Origin: Pseudomonadota bacterium
Lineage (GTDB): Bacteria > Pseudomonadota > Gammaproteobacteria > Acidiferrobacterales > UBA6901
Length of the DNA: 64,000 nucleotides
NCBI GenBank assembly: GCA_021785515.1
Contig: JAJYEX010000001.1
Location: forward strand, 514,196 to 578,195
Reading direction: 5' to 3'
In this document: piece by piece, positions 9,682 to 19,320 of the stretch
How positions within the stretch are numbered: the first letter of the stretch is position 1
How the letters are laid out: the number at the start of each line of letters is the position of its first letter
Program-made: the position numbers and the translations under genes
The notes under the pieces: generated by a model
Told to the model about the DNA's origin: nothing
The model's database searches: none
Seen by the model: the letters and a program-made list of their open reading frames with translations, nothing else

Positions 9682-10932
9682 TCAACGCAAAGCTGCCACC
9701 TCGGATGGCTGGATTATGTCTCCGGTGTGATTGCCGAATGAGTTGCGTTCATACGTGACCACCGAAGCAATATCGGCGTTGCTGAGCTGTCCGGAAAACG
9801 ACGGCATGGGCGTTCCGGGTATGCCCCCGAGCACAATCCGAAGGTGATTCTTCACCGGCCCCATGACAACGTGTCCGCTGCTCGTAAGAAAGCCACGGGT
9901 CCGCAGCTGCTGGAGCATGGCCGGGGCAGCCGAAAACGTCCGGCCAGCGGACAGCGGTGGGAACGTCCCCGGAATGCCCAGGCCTGTGACCTGGTGGCAA
10001 ACCGCGCAATTGTTGACGAAGACCGTTTTGCCATGGCTCAGAAGCTGCGCCTTGGTCCAGGTCGCGGCTGTCGCAACGCTACCCGCGGTTGTCGCAACAC
10101 CGCCCGCTGATGCAACCATCAACGCCTTCTGCGCGGTCACCCACTTCTGGAAATCCTTCTGACTCACTGCCTTGACGACGATCGGCATGAAGGCGTGACC
10201 CATGCCGCACAATTCGGTGCACTGGCCACGATAGGTTCCCGGCACTTCAATCTTGGTCCAGCTCTGGTTGATGAACCCGGGGATCGCATCGGTCTTCACA
10301 CCGAAGCTTGGAACCCACCACGAATGGATGACGTCCGCAGCCGTGATCTGAAAGCGAATCTTCTCGCCGACGGGTAACACCAGCGGATGATCCACCTGCA
10401 GCAGGTAATGCTTGTTTTTTGGTTCCTGGTTTTCAATTTGTGCGACCGGCGTCGAAAGATCGCTGAAAAAACTGATACCCTGGCCCGGGTAGCTGTACTG
10501 CCACTTCCACTGGTAGCCGGTGATCCTCACGGTAAGCGCGGAATCACTCGTGTTCTCCATCCTTACCAGCGTGGCGGTAGCGGGCACTGCCACCGCCACC
10601 AGAATCAGGAACGGGACAATCGTCCAGAGCACCTCGATCGTGGTGCTCTGGTGGAAAGTGGCCGGCTTATGTCCCTTGCTTTTACGGTGCGCGAAGATCG
10701 AATAGAACATCACGCCGAAGACAATCACAAAAATGACCACGCACACCCCGAACATGATGTTCTGGAGGTGGTAGATCTGGTGGGCAATGGGCGTTACCGG
10801 AGTCTGGAAATTCCAGCGTATACGCGCCGAAGCAGAGCCGGCGCCAAAAAGCATGGCCACGGCAGCCGCGAAGCGGGTCACGGAAAGGATCAGCGGACCG
10901 GACAGCCTGTTATTCTTGAAGCTTAATGACAT
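9682..10932 (-). CDS. coxB: Cytochrome c oxidase subunit II with C-terminal cytochrome c domain
   Basis: 416 aa with the CuA motif CTELCGMGHAFM and a C-terminal CAVCH heme c site. Confidence 0.9.
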   Translation of the reverse strand: MSLSFKNNRLSGPLILSVTRFAAAVAMLFGAGSASARIRWNFQTPVTPIAHQIYHLQNIMFGVCVVIFVIVFGVMFYSIFAHRKSKGHKPATFHQSTTIEVLWTIVPFLILVAVAVPATATLVRMENTSDSALTVRITGYQWKWQYSYPGQGISFFSDLSTPVAQIENQEPKNKHYLLQVDHPLVLPVGEKIRFQITAADVIHSWWVPSFGVKTDAIPGFINQSWTKIEVPGTYRGQCTELCGMGHAFMPIVVKAVSQKDFQKWVTAQKALMVASAGGVATTAGSVATAATWTKAQLLSHGKTVFVNNCAVCHQVTGLGIPGTFPPLSAGRTFSAAPAMLQQLRTRGFLTSSGHVVMGPVKNHLRIVLGGIPGTPMPSFSGQLSNADIASVVTYERNSFGNHTGDIIQPSEVAALR

Positions 10933-10977
10933 ACTTGCGTTCTCCCATCATCCACTTTTTTTTTGAATTACCTTGCT

Positions 10978-11484
10978 CTAGACCACCCCCGAACCATGCG
11001 GGAGGTCCGCCCATATCGCTGGCCGGGCGCGCAATACCGTGTTAAGACGCGTTGACAGTGACCGTCGTTCATCATCGGTAAGCACAGAGCCGATCTCCAC
11101 CCAGCGTCCGTGCGATCCCACCAGCAGCCGTGTCGGATACCAGTCATCGCCCTGGGTCTCCAGGCGCGTGCGTGCCCAGTAGCGCTGTAGCGCCACGCGT
11201 CGTTCTGTTTTTCCGGTAATCTGCACGATTTCCATCTGGTCGCCGTCGACGACCACAATCTCCCGGTCGTAGGCGTGGCGCGACACCGACACCACTACGG
11301 CCCCGACAATGGCGACCTCCAGCCCCATAAATGGCGCTATCACCCACGCCCCATTTAGGGCAAAGAACGCGGAAATGCTCATAGACACAAGCACATACAT
11401 GCCGAACAGGCGCGCCATGTTGCGCCCGGAGCACGAACGGTTGGGGAGGATGACGACCCGGAATTCCGGCCTAGATGCGCCCAT
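10978..11484 (-). CDS. Integral membrane protein resembling DUF2244, cox-linked
   Basis: Start trimmed to the ATG at 11484 (MGASRPEFRVVILPNRSCS); the track ORF runs to 11595. It has two TM helices followed by a soluble domain, directly upstream of coxB. Confidence 0.6.
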   Translation of the reverse strand: MGASRPEFRVVILPNRSCSGRNMARLFGMYVLVSMSISAFFALNGAWVIAPFMGLEVAIVGAVVVSVSRHAYDREIVVVDGDQMEIVQITGKTERRVALQRYWARTRLETQGDDWYPTRLLVGSHGRWVEIGSVLTDDERRSLSTRLNTVLRARPAIWADLPHGSGVV

Positions 11485-11748
11485 ACGTTCTGAGTTGTCC
11501 CACGTCGCTTTCGGCGACTCAGCGATGCCCAGCAAGGCTGGAATCGCCGCGGTTACCCACCAAATCGCATTCTCTTGATCTACATCAACTACCATTGCAA
11601 TTTATAATGATCCAGATCAATGACAACATCTAGAATGAATGTATCACCGTTTCGGGCAATATCATAGGGGCGACTTTGCCGAGCGGAAGGCGTGCCGAGG
11701 CCTCCCGTGGCAGAATTTCCGCCCCGGAGAGACAAAGGTGCGGAGGTT

Positions 11749-12456
11749 TTAGTACGAGGATTTTTCGGCGGGGTCGGCAAAACCCAGCTGGCTGAGGTCC
11801 AGGAAGCTCTGCGACCCGGCCTTGGCAGCGGCCGGATCGTAGGGGAACGACCCGAGCAGCGGCAGGTCCAGAAGATGGCCTAGGGCCGGCACGTAGTCGT
11901 CGAGAATCGGATCAGGATCAATGCGGTTGGCCACCCAGGCAACGAGTTTTAGCCCGCACGTGCGAATTTCCCTTGCTGTCAGCAAGGCATGATTGATCGC
12001 ACCGAGCCGCACGCCCACCACCAGAATAACTGGCAACCCCAGCGCCGCCGCTACATCGGCCATGGTTTGGGACCTCGAAATCGGAACAAGCCATCCGCCT
12101 ATGCCCTCTACGACCACGCACGGGGCCAAGCCCGTCAGCCGTGCGTAGCTGCGGCAGACATGCGCAATATCGATGGTGACTCCTGTGGCAAGAGCTGCCA
12201 AATGAGGGGCCGTTGCAGCCGGAAAGGCGTAGGGATTGACGTCCGCGTAGTCGGCCCGGACTGAACTCGCCGCGCGCAGCGCCTCGGCATCAGCGTTCCG
12301 CGGGCCCGCTGCACTAGGCTCGCATCCGCTCGCAACCGGCTTCATTCCGACAGCCGGGACACCCGCGACCGTCAATGCGTCGAGCAGGGCGCAGGATACG
12401 CGGGTCTTGCCTACGCCCGTATCAGTTCCGGTGACAAACCATCCTTTCACGGTCAC
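11749..12456 (-). CDS. bioD: Dethiobiotin synthase
   Basis: 235 aa with the P-loop GTDTGVGKT. Confidence 0.9.
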   Translation of the reverse strand: MTVKGWFVTGTDTGVGKTRVSCALLDALTVAGVPAVGMKPVASGCEPSAAGPRNADAEALRAASSVRADYADVNPYAFPAATAPHLAALATGVTIDIAHVCRSYARLTGLAPCVVVEGIGGWLVPISRSQTMADVAAALGLPVILVVGVRLGAINHALLTAREIRTCGLKLVAWVANRIDPDPILDDYVPALGHLLDLPLLGSFPYDPAAAKAGSQSFLDLSQLGFADPAEKSSY

Positions 12457-12457
12457 C

Positions 12458-13357
12458 TCAGCGTCGAATTCGGCTGATGGCGTTCAACGGCACGGTGCCT
12501 GTCCCGTGCGTGCGCCACCGGTTGTCATCGGTAGAGAGGGGTGCCCAGGCATGCCCATAAACAACTTCATAGCTCACCGGCACCTGACCGTCGGGACCTG
12601 CCATGGCCCCATACGCGTGGCGAAACGCCGCAAAGCGGCCCTTTCCCGTCAGTCCCGGGTGCCGGTCGCGGGCTACGTTATGGGCCCCTATAGCCTTCAG
12701 GGCGCGAAGCACTTCCAGCACCCCCGGATACGTCAGCACCAGCCGATCGACATCGACAACGGGCTCAACGAGACGTGCCCGCAGCAGCGCATCGCCAAGA
12801 TCATGCATATCGATGAAATCGTGCACATGCGGAGCATTATCCACGCTGCTCCAGGCTAGACGCAGCTCACGCAGGGTGCCCGGTCCGAAGCTGGTAAACA
12901 TCAGCACCCCTCCCGGTCGTAGTACCCGCGCGATTTCGGCAAAGACTGCATCTGGGCTGCACCACTGTAATGCCAGGTTCGACAAAACCATATCAACCGA
13001 GCCTGACAGGACCGGCAGCGATTCCGCATCCCCGCACACATACCGCACACGCGCACGGCTCACAGGCCATGACAGCCTCCCTGTTCGGCGCGCCGCGTTC
13101 CGCGCCATCGCCGGAGCAATATCCACGCCGATGATGCGCGCACCCGGATAGCGGCGGGCAAGCGCACGCGTACAGTAGCCGGTACCGCTGCCCAGATCGA
13201 TGATACTGCGCGGCTGGAGCCTTATCACATCCAGGCGGCCGATAAGCCGATCACCGATCTCCCGCTGCAGTGCGGCCGCGGAATCATAGGACGGCGCCGC
13301 CTGCTGGAATGCAGCCCTCAGACAACGCTTGTCCAGGAAACCGACGGAATCAACCAT
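12458..13357 (-). CDS. bioC: Malonyl-ACP O-methyltransferase
   Basis: SAM methyltransferase motif IIDLGSGTGY in bio operon position. Start set at the ATG at 13357, overlapping the bioH stop by 8 nt; the track ORF runs to 13414. Confidence 0.8.
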   Translation of the reverse strand: MVDSVGFLDKRCLRAAFQQAAPSYDSAAALQREIGDRLIGRLDVIRLQPRSIIDLGSGTGYCTRALARRYPGARIIGVDIAPAMARNAARRTGRLSWPVSRARVRYVCGDAESLPVLSGSVDMVLSNLALQWCSPDAVFAEIARVLRPGGVLMFTSFGPGTLRELRLAWSSVDNAPHVHDFIDMHDLGDALLRARLVEPVVDVDRLVLTYPGVLEVLRALKAIGAHNVARDRHPGLTGKGRFAAFRHAYGAMAGPDGQVPVSYEVVYGHAWAPLSTDDNRWRTHGTGTVPLNAISRIRR

Positions 13358-14114
13358 CCAGAAAATCCTCGATTGCTGCCCGGAATTCATCGCTGTGAGA
13401 CAGGAATGGAGCATGACCCGCGGACGGGAAAACCCGGCAGCTGACCCCCAAGCCGTGGGCCAGCGCCTCGGCGGCCGCTACCGGCACCAACCGGTCGCGC
13501 GCACCGTGGAGCACGAAACTGGGAACTTTGAGGCACGGCAGCAGCGGACGCAGGTCGGCCGTACGCAGAATGGCGAGACCCGCCTCCAGTCCCGCGGGAT
13601 CCGGAGGCCCATACCGGAACAGCTCTGCGCGAAGCTGGCGCGCTGACACCGAGGGGCTGCCGCACCCCGCCAGCTGCAAGCTGAGGAATCGCTGCAGCGT
13701 CTGGCGATAGGACGTCCTGAGGTCCCGGGAAAACGCATCCAAAGTTTCAATCTCCATCGCCCAGGGCCAGTCCGGTGCACGCGTGAACCGCGGGGTCGCA
13801 CCGACGAGCACCAGCCTTTCAGCCTTGCCTGGGTGGCGCGCGCACAGATGCAGCGACACGGTGGCACCCAAAGACCAGCCGATCCAGCAGGCGGCGGCAG
13901 GCACAACCTCTGCCAATGCGTCAGCCCACGCATCGATATGCTGCGCGAAGGCATCTGCGCTGCGTCCGTGACCCGGAAGATCCACCACCGTGACCCGGTA
14001 CCGGTCAGCAAGAGCCGCTGCCAATCCGTTCCACACGCCGCCGTGCAGACCCCAGCCGTGCACCAGTACCACATCCGGTCCGCTGCCAAGCGTGACATAA
14101 GACAGAGCCGTCAC
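13350..14114 (-). CDS. bioH: Pimeloyl-ACP methyl ester esterase (alpha/beta hydrolase)
   Basis: 254 aa with LVHGWG, the nucleophile elbow GWSLG and a C-terminal GHAPF, between bioF and bioC. Confidence 0.8.
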   Translation of the reverse strand: MTALSYVTLGSGPDVVLVHGWGLHGGVWNGLAAALADRYRVTVVDLPGHGRSADAFAQHIDAWADALAEVVPAAACWIGWSLGATVSLHLCARHPGKAERLVLVGATPRFTRAPDWPWAMEIETLDAFSRDLRTSYRQTLQRFLSLQLAGCGSPSVSARQLRAELFRYGPPDPAGLEAGLAILRTADLRPLLPCLKVPSFVLHGARDRLVPVAAAEALAHGLGVSCRVFPSAGHAPFLSHSDEFRAAIEDFLDG

Positions 14115-15325
14115 GGCGGCGGCGCCGCATAGGCAGCCAGCACATCGAGCAGGCGATCAACCTCGGCCGCGGAGTGCGCCGCCGACAAAGTGATCCGCAG
14201 GCGTGCCGAACCCTGCGGAACGGTTGGCGGACGGATAGCCGGCACCAGAATATCTCTCCGCCGCAGGTTGGCCGCTGCTGCCAGCGCTGCGTTGGAGCTT
14301 CCCAGCACTACCGGCTGAATCGGTGTTTCCGACTGCATGAGTGGCAGGCCAATCTCCGCGGCACCGTGCCGGAATTGCCGGATACGCTCTCGCAACTGTT
14401 CGCGGCGCCAGGTTTCGTTCCGCGCCAGCCGCAAGCTGGCGCGGGTCGCCTCCGCAACCGCCGCGGGTAACGCGGTCGTATAAATATAGCTGCGCGCCCG
14501 CTGGATCAGTGTTTCAACAATCTCTTCCTCGGCAGCCACAAACGCTCCAAAGGTGCCGAAGGCCTTGCCAAGGGTGCCCATGAGAACCGCAGGGGCAGCG
14601 ACCCGCTGCCCGGAGAGCTCGAACGATCCGCCGCCCCGGGCTCCAAGGACACCCAGACCATGGGCATCGTCCACCAGTACCCGCGCGTTCGCCGTCCGCG
14701 CGACGTCGATCAGCGGCCGTAACGGAACCACGTCGCCATCCATGCTGAAGACGCCATCAGTGAGCACTAACTTCTGGCCATCAACCATGGCCATCAGGGA
14801 CTGCAAGCGGACCAGGTCGACGTGCGCGTACCGCCTTACCTTGGCTTGGCAAAGACGGGCCGCGTCAATGAGCGAAGCATGATTGAGCCGGTCCTCAAAG
14901 ATGGTGCCGTGCCGACCCATGAGCGCCTGGACTACGCCCAGATTGGCCATGTATCCCGTAGAGAAGAGGACAGCCCGTGGCGCGCCAACAAACTCCGCAA
15001 GCTCTTCCTCCAGGGCATGGTGTGCCCGACTGTGGCCACTGATTAGGTGCGAAGCACCTGCCCCGACCCCGTAATGCTCGGCACCCATCTGGAAGGCTCT
15101 GACGACCTGCGGGTGGTTGGCCAGACCCAGGTAGTCATTGCTGCAGAAACTGAGACATGCGCGCCCGCCGATCACTACCCTGGTCCCCTGGGCACCGTCA
15201 ACGATCTCGCGTTGCCGGTAGAGATTCCGGGCACGCAAGTCCGCCAGCTGTGCCTGTAGCTGCCGGTCTGACCAGTCGCCCTGTGTCATAGCAATGGATT
15301 CTTCAACAGTGAAGCTGCGCGACAC
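14111..15325 (-). CDS. bioF: 8-amino-7-oxononanoate synthase
   Basis: PLP-dependent AONS family (CSNDYLGL, TLGKAFG). The GTG at 15325 or the ATG at 15289 are both possible starts. Confidence 0.9.
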   Translation of the reverse strand: MSRSFTVEESIAMTQGDWSDRQLQAQLADLRARNLYRQREIVDGAQGTRVVIGGRACLSFCSNDYLGLANHPQVVRAFQMGAEHYGVGAGASHLISGHSRAHHALEEELAEFVGAPRAVLFSTGYMANLGVVQALMGRHGTIFEDRLNHASLIDAARLCQAKVRRYAHVDLVRLQSLMAMVDGQKLVLTDGVFSMDGDVVPLRPLIDVARTANARVLVDDAHGLGVLGARGGGSFELSGQRVAAPAVLMGTLGKAFGTFGAFVAAEEEIVETLIQRARSYIYTTALPAAVAEATRASLRLARNETWRREQLRERIRQFRHGAAEIGLPLMQSETPIQPVVLGSSNAALAAAANLRRRDILVPAIRPPTVPQGSARLRITLSAAHSAAEVDRLLDVLAAYAAPPP

Positions 15326-15482
15326 GGGATGCCTTTGGCATGCCGTCGCTGCGCCCTCTAAATTAAATGTCCCTGGAAAGGCAAGTTACGGCAGTCTATC
15401 GATCCACAGTCCGCAGTCAACTTAGACTCCAATAAACGTTGACTGTTGCGTATAACCTAGACAACTTCCGCTCGTTCCACGC

Positions 15483-16490
15483 TCACCATGCAGCCTCCAA
15501 AATGAGCTTTCCGGTCGCCTCTCCCGACTCCATCAACCGATGCGCTTCCGCTACCTCACCGATCGAAAATTCGTGCACATCAACCAGCGGGCGCAGCGCA
15601 CCCGAGTCAGCCAGGTGCGCCGCCCGTTGCAGAATCATGCCATGCGCGGCGCGGCCTATCCCGTGGATCAACGGAATACACATGAACACAACATGCAGCG
15701 AAAGTCCCTTGATGTGCGCGGGCGAAAGATCAAACTGGCCAAGCGCCACAGTGGTCACTACGGCACCGTTGAGCTTCGCCGCTTCGAATGATTTGGGCAG
15801 ATTGCTGCCTCCAACGGTATCGAACACCACATCGAAACCGGCTCCATCAGTGAGGCGCCGCACATACTCCGGAACATCCTCCATCCGGTAGAGGACTGTC
15901 GCCTGCGCTCCAAAGTCACGGGCAATTTCCGCTTTCCTTTCGGAGGAAACGGTGGCGCAGACCATGGCGCCCGCAGCGCGGATAAGCTGCACGGCCACAT
16001 GCCCGACACCCCCCGCGCCGCCATGAACCAGGACGGTGTGACCGGCTCCGATTCCTGCTTTCTGGATCCCCTCCCAGGCAGCGATGGTGACGAGCGGGAG
16101 CGCTGCCGCGTCCCGCATAGAGAGACGTTTCGGCTTGTGCGCAATCAGCGCCGCATCCGCCAGCATGTATTCCGCCAGGGCACCGCCACTCCCGATCATG
16201 CCGCCCGCACAACCGTAGACCTCATCTCCCGGCTGAAACGCATCGACGTCGGAAGCCACTTGCTCAATGACTCCCGCAACATCGCCGTGAAGAACAGCGG
16301 GCAGTCCGGGACCAAATGGTGGCCCCATTTCCCGGATCAGGCAGTCGACCGGATTGACGCTGGTGGCGTGCACCCGGATCAGGACATGGCCAGGCCGCAA
16401 CACCGGCAGTGGCACCTCCCCCTCCCTGAATACCTCCGCCCCCCCGAATTGATCGATCACCATGGCCCGCATTTTCGCCGTCACCGACAT
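15483..16490 (-). CDS. Zinc-type alcohol dehydrogenase / NADPH:quinone oxidoreductase family
   Basis: MDR family (RAMVIDQFGG, VLVHGGAGGVGHVAVQL). Start set at the ATG at 16490, which is preceded by GGAGG; the track ORF extends to 16592. Confidence 0.8.
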   Translation of the reverse strand: MSVTAKMRAMVIDQFGGAEVFREGEVPLPVLRPGHVLIRVHATSVNPVDCLIREMGPPFGPGLPAVLHGDVAGVIEQVASDVDAFQPGDEVYGCAGGMIGSGGALAEYMLADAALIAHKPKRLSMRDAAALPLVTIAAWEGIQKAGIGAGHTVLVHGGAGGVGHVAVQLIRAAGAMVCATVSSERKAEIARDFGAQATVLYRMEDVPEYVRRLTDGAGFDVVFDTVGGSNLPKSFEAAKLNGAVVTTVALGQFDLSPAHIKGLSLHVVFMCIPLIHGIGRAAHGMILQRAAHLADSGALRPLVDVHEFSIGEVAEAHRLMESGEATGKLILEAAW

Positions 16491-16538
16491 ACCCTCCGTT
16501 TCAAGATTTAGGCCACTGACGGTAGCGGGAGCAGTATA

Positions 16539-16564
16539 GATATGTAAAATATTCAATACATATC
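16539..16564. promoter_or_regulatory. Inverted repeat in the LysR/oxidoreductase divergent intergenic region (candidate LysR site)
   Basis: GATATGTA (16539-16546), a 10-nt AT-rich spacer, then TACATATC (16557-16564): perfect 8-bp arms. Confidence 0.35.
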
Positions 16565-16583
16565 CATCATATATCTGAAACCT

Positions 16584-17432
16584 ATGGATCAACGCCAGAT
16601 TCGCTATTTCACAGCAGTTTTTGAGGAGGGCAGCATATCAGCTGCCTCCAGACGTCTGTTTGTGGCCCAGCCCTCGGTCTCAAATGCCATAGCCCAGCTC
16701 GAGGATGAGGTCGGCACGCAGCTGTTTCTGCGGCACCGACACGGCGTTACCCCGACACATGAGGCCAAGGCGTTTTATTCTCGGGCCGTAAAGATCATGG
16801 GCGAGCTGAAGACCCTGGCAACGATGTTCAGTGACCCCGGCGAACCAGCGGAGCTCAGCCTGGGGATCATGCCCGCAATCAATGTCGGACAGATCGCCAC
16901 ATTTCTGAAGCTCCTGATTCAGCGCATTGATCACCTGAGCCTGCGTCTGGTGACGATGGAAGAGGCTTCCGATGCGCGGATCGTTTCCGATCATGCACTA
17001 CGCAAGGGCGACCGATTCGTGCCGCTATGGAACGAGAAATACGTTTTGGCAGTGCCTACGACCCATGCGCTCGCTGTCAAGATGAAAGTGACTTTCGCGG
17101 ACCTAAATGGAGTCAGGCTGATTGAGCGCTGCCACTGCGAGCATCACGACAAGGTATCCAGTGCGCTGGCCCAACATAAGATAATCCCGGATATCGTCGC
17201 CCGCGCACAGAATGAGGAGTGGGCGCTCGCCCTGGTAGGTGCGGGACTGGGTGTCGCCCTGGTCCCTGAAGGCAGCATCCGTAGCACTCAGGACATCGTT
17301 ATCCGTCCTATGACAGGCCTGTCCATGGTGCGTCGTGTAGGAATAGCCTATGACCCAAAGGCCACGCCCTCCTCGGCATTACGCGCAACAATCGCCTTAT
17401 GCCGGAACGGGAGCAGGAATCAGCCGGGATAA
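16584..17432 (+). CDS. LysR family transcriptional regulator
   Basis: 282 aa with the N-terminal HTH MDQRQIRYFTAVFEEGSISAASRRLFVAQPSVSNAIAQLE. Confidence 0.85.
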   Translation: MDQRQIRYFTAVFEEGSISAASRRLFVAQPSVSNAIAQLEDEVGTQLFLRHRHGVTPTHEAKAFYSRAVKIMGELKTLATMFSDPGEPAELSLGIMPAINVGQIATFLKLLIQRIDHLSLRLVTMEEASDARIVSDHALRKGDRFVPLWNEKYVLAVPTTHALAVKMKVTFADLNGVRLIERCHCEHHDKVSSALAQHKIIPDIVARAQNEEWALALVGAGLGVALVPEGSIRSTQDIVIRPMTGLSMVRRVGIAYDPKATPSSALRATIALCRNGSRNQPG

Positions 17433-17733
17433 CCAGACAGCACGCCCGAACCATGTACTCGCAGTGTACCGTCGCGATCCCCAGCACTGGATTCCGTACG
17501 AAAAAATTGGCGACACCATCGCGCCGTTGATCGGCTAGGGTCACAAGGATTGATCAGCCAGCTCCACGATCGGGACAGCAACTTCTAATGGCCGCTGTCC
17601 GAACTAAGGTTCCGGCCCCGCCAGCAGCGAACGAAGTCTGCAAACAGATGGCGGGCATGGAGCGGAAAGCGGACGTGAGGCTGGCTGCACTGAGGTATTC
17701 GGTCCCGATGGATGCAAGCCGTGCCGGTACCGG

Positions 17734-17762
17734 TTGACAGTCAGCCATAAAACAGTAATAAT
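17734..17762 (+). promoter_or_regulatory. Near-consensus sigma70-type promoter for the NRAMP gene
   Basis: TTGACA (17734-17739), a 17-nt spacer, then AATAAT (17757-17762). Confidence 0.4.
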
Positions 17763-17789
17763 TCTCATTCACACCGATGAATGAGAATT
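17760..17789. promoter_or_regulatory. Perfect 12-6-12 palindrome overlapping the -10 element and the ATG of the NRAMP gene (candidate metalloregulator operator)
   Basis: AATTCTCATTCA (17760-17771), CACCGA, then TGAATGAGAATT (17778-17789). The arms are exact reverse complements. Confidence 0.45.
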
Positions 17790-19051
17790 GTTCTAAAGTG
17801 TCTACTGTCCCTGCGCTTCCTGAAACCCGCAATTTCCGCTGGGCCAGCGTTATGGCCGTGCTCGGCCCCGGCCTCGTGGTCATGCTGGCAGATACCGATG
17901 CGGGCAGTGTCGTCACCGCTGCCCAGAGCGGCGCCCAGTGGGGCTACAGCCTTCTGCTGCTGCAGTTTCTGCTGATGCCGGTGCTCTATTTTGTTCAGGA
18001 GCTGACCGTGCGGCTGGGCATTTTCACGGGAAAAGGTCACGGTGAACTGATCAGCGAGACCTTCGGAAAATCGTGGGCCTATTTCTCAGTCGCCGGCCTG
18101 ACGGTTGCCGCCACGGGGGCGCTGCTCACGGAGTTTGCCGGCGTGGCCGGAGTGAGCGAGCTATTCGGCGAGCCGCGAGCTGTGGGTGTGGGGATTGCAG
18201 CCCTCACCCTGCTGATCGTGGTGTGGACGGGATCCTACCGGCAGGTGGAACGAATTGCTCTGGCCTTGGGAGGGTTCGAAATCGTTTTTTTCGGCATCGC
18301 TTGGGTCAGCCATCCGGACCTGCATGCCATGGTGGATGGTCTGGCGCACGCGCCGTTCGGTAATCGCGGGTACATGACGTTGGTGGCAGCCAATATCGGT
18401 GCCGTCATCATGCCGTGGATGATCTTCTACCAGCAGTCGGCTGTCGCCGACAAGGGGCTGCATCCGGAGGATTACCGCGCGGCTCGTTGGGACACTGCCA
18501 TCGGGTCTGTGATCACGCAGGCCGTTATGGCCGCCATTCTGGTCGCCACCGCCGCCACGATCGGGATCCGTAACCCCAGCGCACCCCTCAACACCGTCCA
18601 GCAGATTGCGCACGCCTTTATCCCCTATCTCGGCAATTACTGGGGACGTGTGGTGTTTTCTCTCGGCATCATCGGGGCCGGAATGATCGCCGCCATCGTG
18701 GCCTCGCTGGCGGGAGCCTGGGGGTGGGGCGAGGTCACCGGATTCAAGCACTCACTCGAACACCACCCGCTCGAGGCGCCTTGGTTCTACGGCGTTTACA
18801 CCACCATCATTGTTGCCGGTGCCCTGGCCGTGGTGCTGATTCCCAACCTGGTGAGCCTGGACATAGCGGTAGAAGTTATGAATGCATTTCTGCTGCCCAT
18901 GGTACTGGGCTTTCTGGTGGCGTTGGCCGTCAAGGCTCTTCCCAAGGAACACCGGATTAGCGGCGGATATTTCTGGCTGGTCACTGTCATTGCAACGATT
19001 TCAGCCGGACTGGGTGTGTATGGCGCGTTGACGACCTTGCCAGGATTCTGA
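17777..19051 (+). CDS. NRAMP family divalent metal (Mn/Fe) transporter
   Basis: 424 aa with GPGLVVMLADTDAGSVVTAAQSGAQWGY and a polytopic profile. The start is uncertain because the ATG at 17777 lies inside the palindrome with no obvious SD. Confidence 0.85.
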   Translation: MNENCSKVSTVPALPETRNFRWASVMAVLGPGLVVMLADTDAGSVVTAAQSGAQWGYSLLLLQFLLMPVLYFVQELTVRLGIFTGKGHGELISETFGKSWAYFSVAGLTVAATGALLTEFAGVAGVSELFGEPRAVGVGIAALTLLIVVWTGSYRQVERIALALGGFEIVFFGIAWVSHPDLHAMVDGLAHAPFGNRGYMTLVAANIGAVIMPWMIFYQQSAVADKGLHPEDYRAARWDTAIGSVITQAVMAAILVATAATIGIRNPSAPLNTVQQIAHAFIPYLGNYWGRVVFSLGIIGAGMIAAIVASLAGAWGWGEVTGFKHSLEHHPLEAPWFYGVYTTIIVAGALAVVLIPNLVSLDIAVEVMNAFLLPMVLGFLVALAVKALPKEHRISGGYFWLVTVIATISAGLGVYGALTTLPGF

Positions 19052-19320
19052 TCAGGAATGCCGGCACACTCAGGCGATGATGCGTCGCATCGCGTGTGTC
19101 TCCGCCGGGTTGATGTGTGTACTGCAGTGCCGTGCAACGTCATTGTTTCGCATCAAGCAGAAAACCATCCAGTTTGATCGGTTGACTCATCGCAACAGCC
19201 TGCAAGCGCAACCCGACCATCTTCGGTTGGCTGGCAAAACGAAAGGAGGACGTATCGGATCGGCCGCTTGCCCTGAACAACCTTCAGGACGGGCGGACCG
19301 CTCTGCACCCTATCCGTCGG

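Noticed and set aside
17432-17733. A possible Mn (yybP-ykoY-type) or other riboswitch in the 300-bp region upstream of the NRAMP gene.
   Set aside because: I could not find the conserved GGGGAGUAG / GAGACA-type cores. In addition, the best promoter lies downstream of this region at 17734-17762, leaving almost no leader. A covariance-model scan would be the decisive test.
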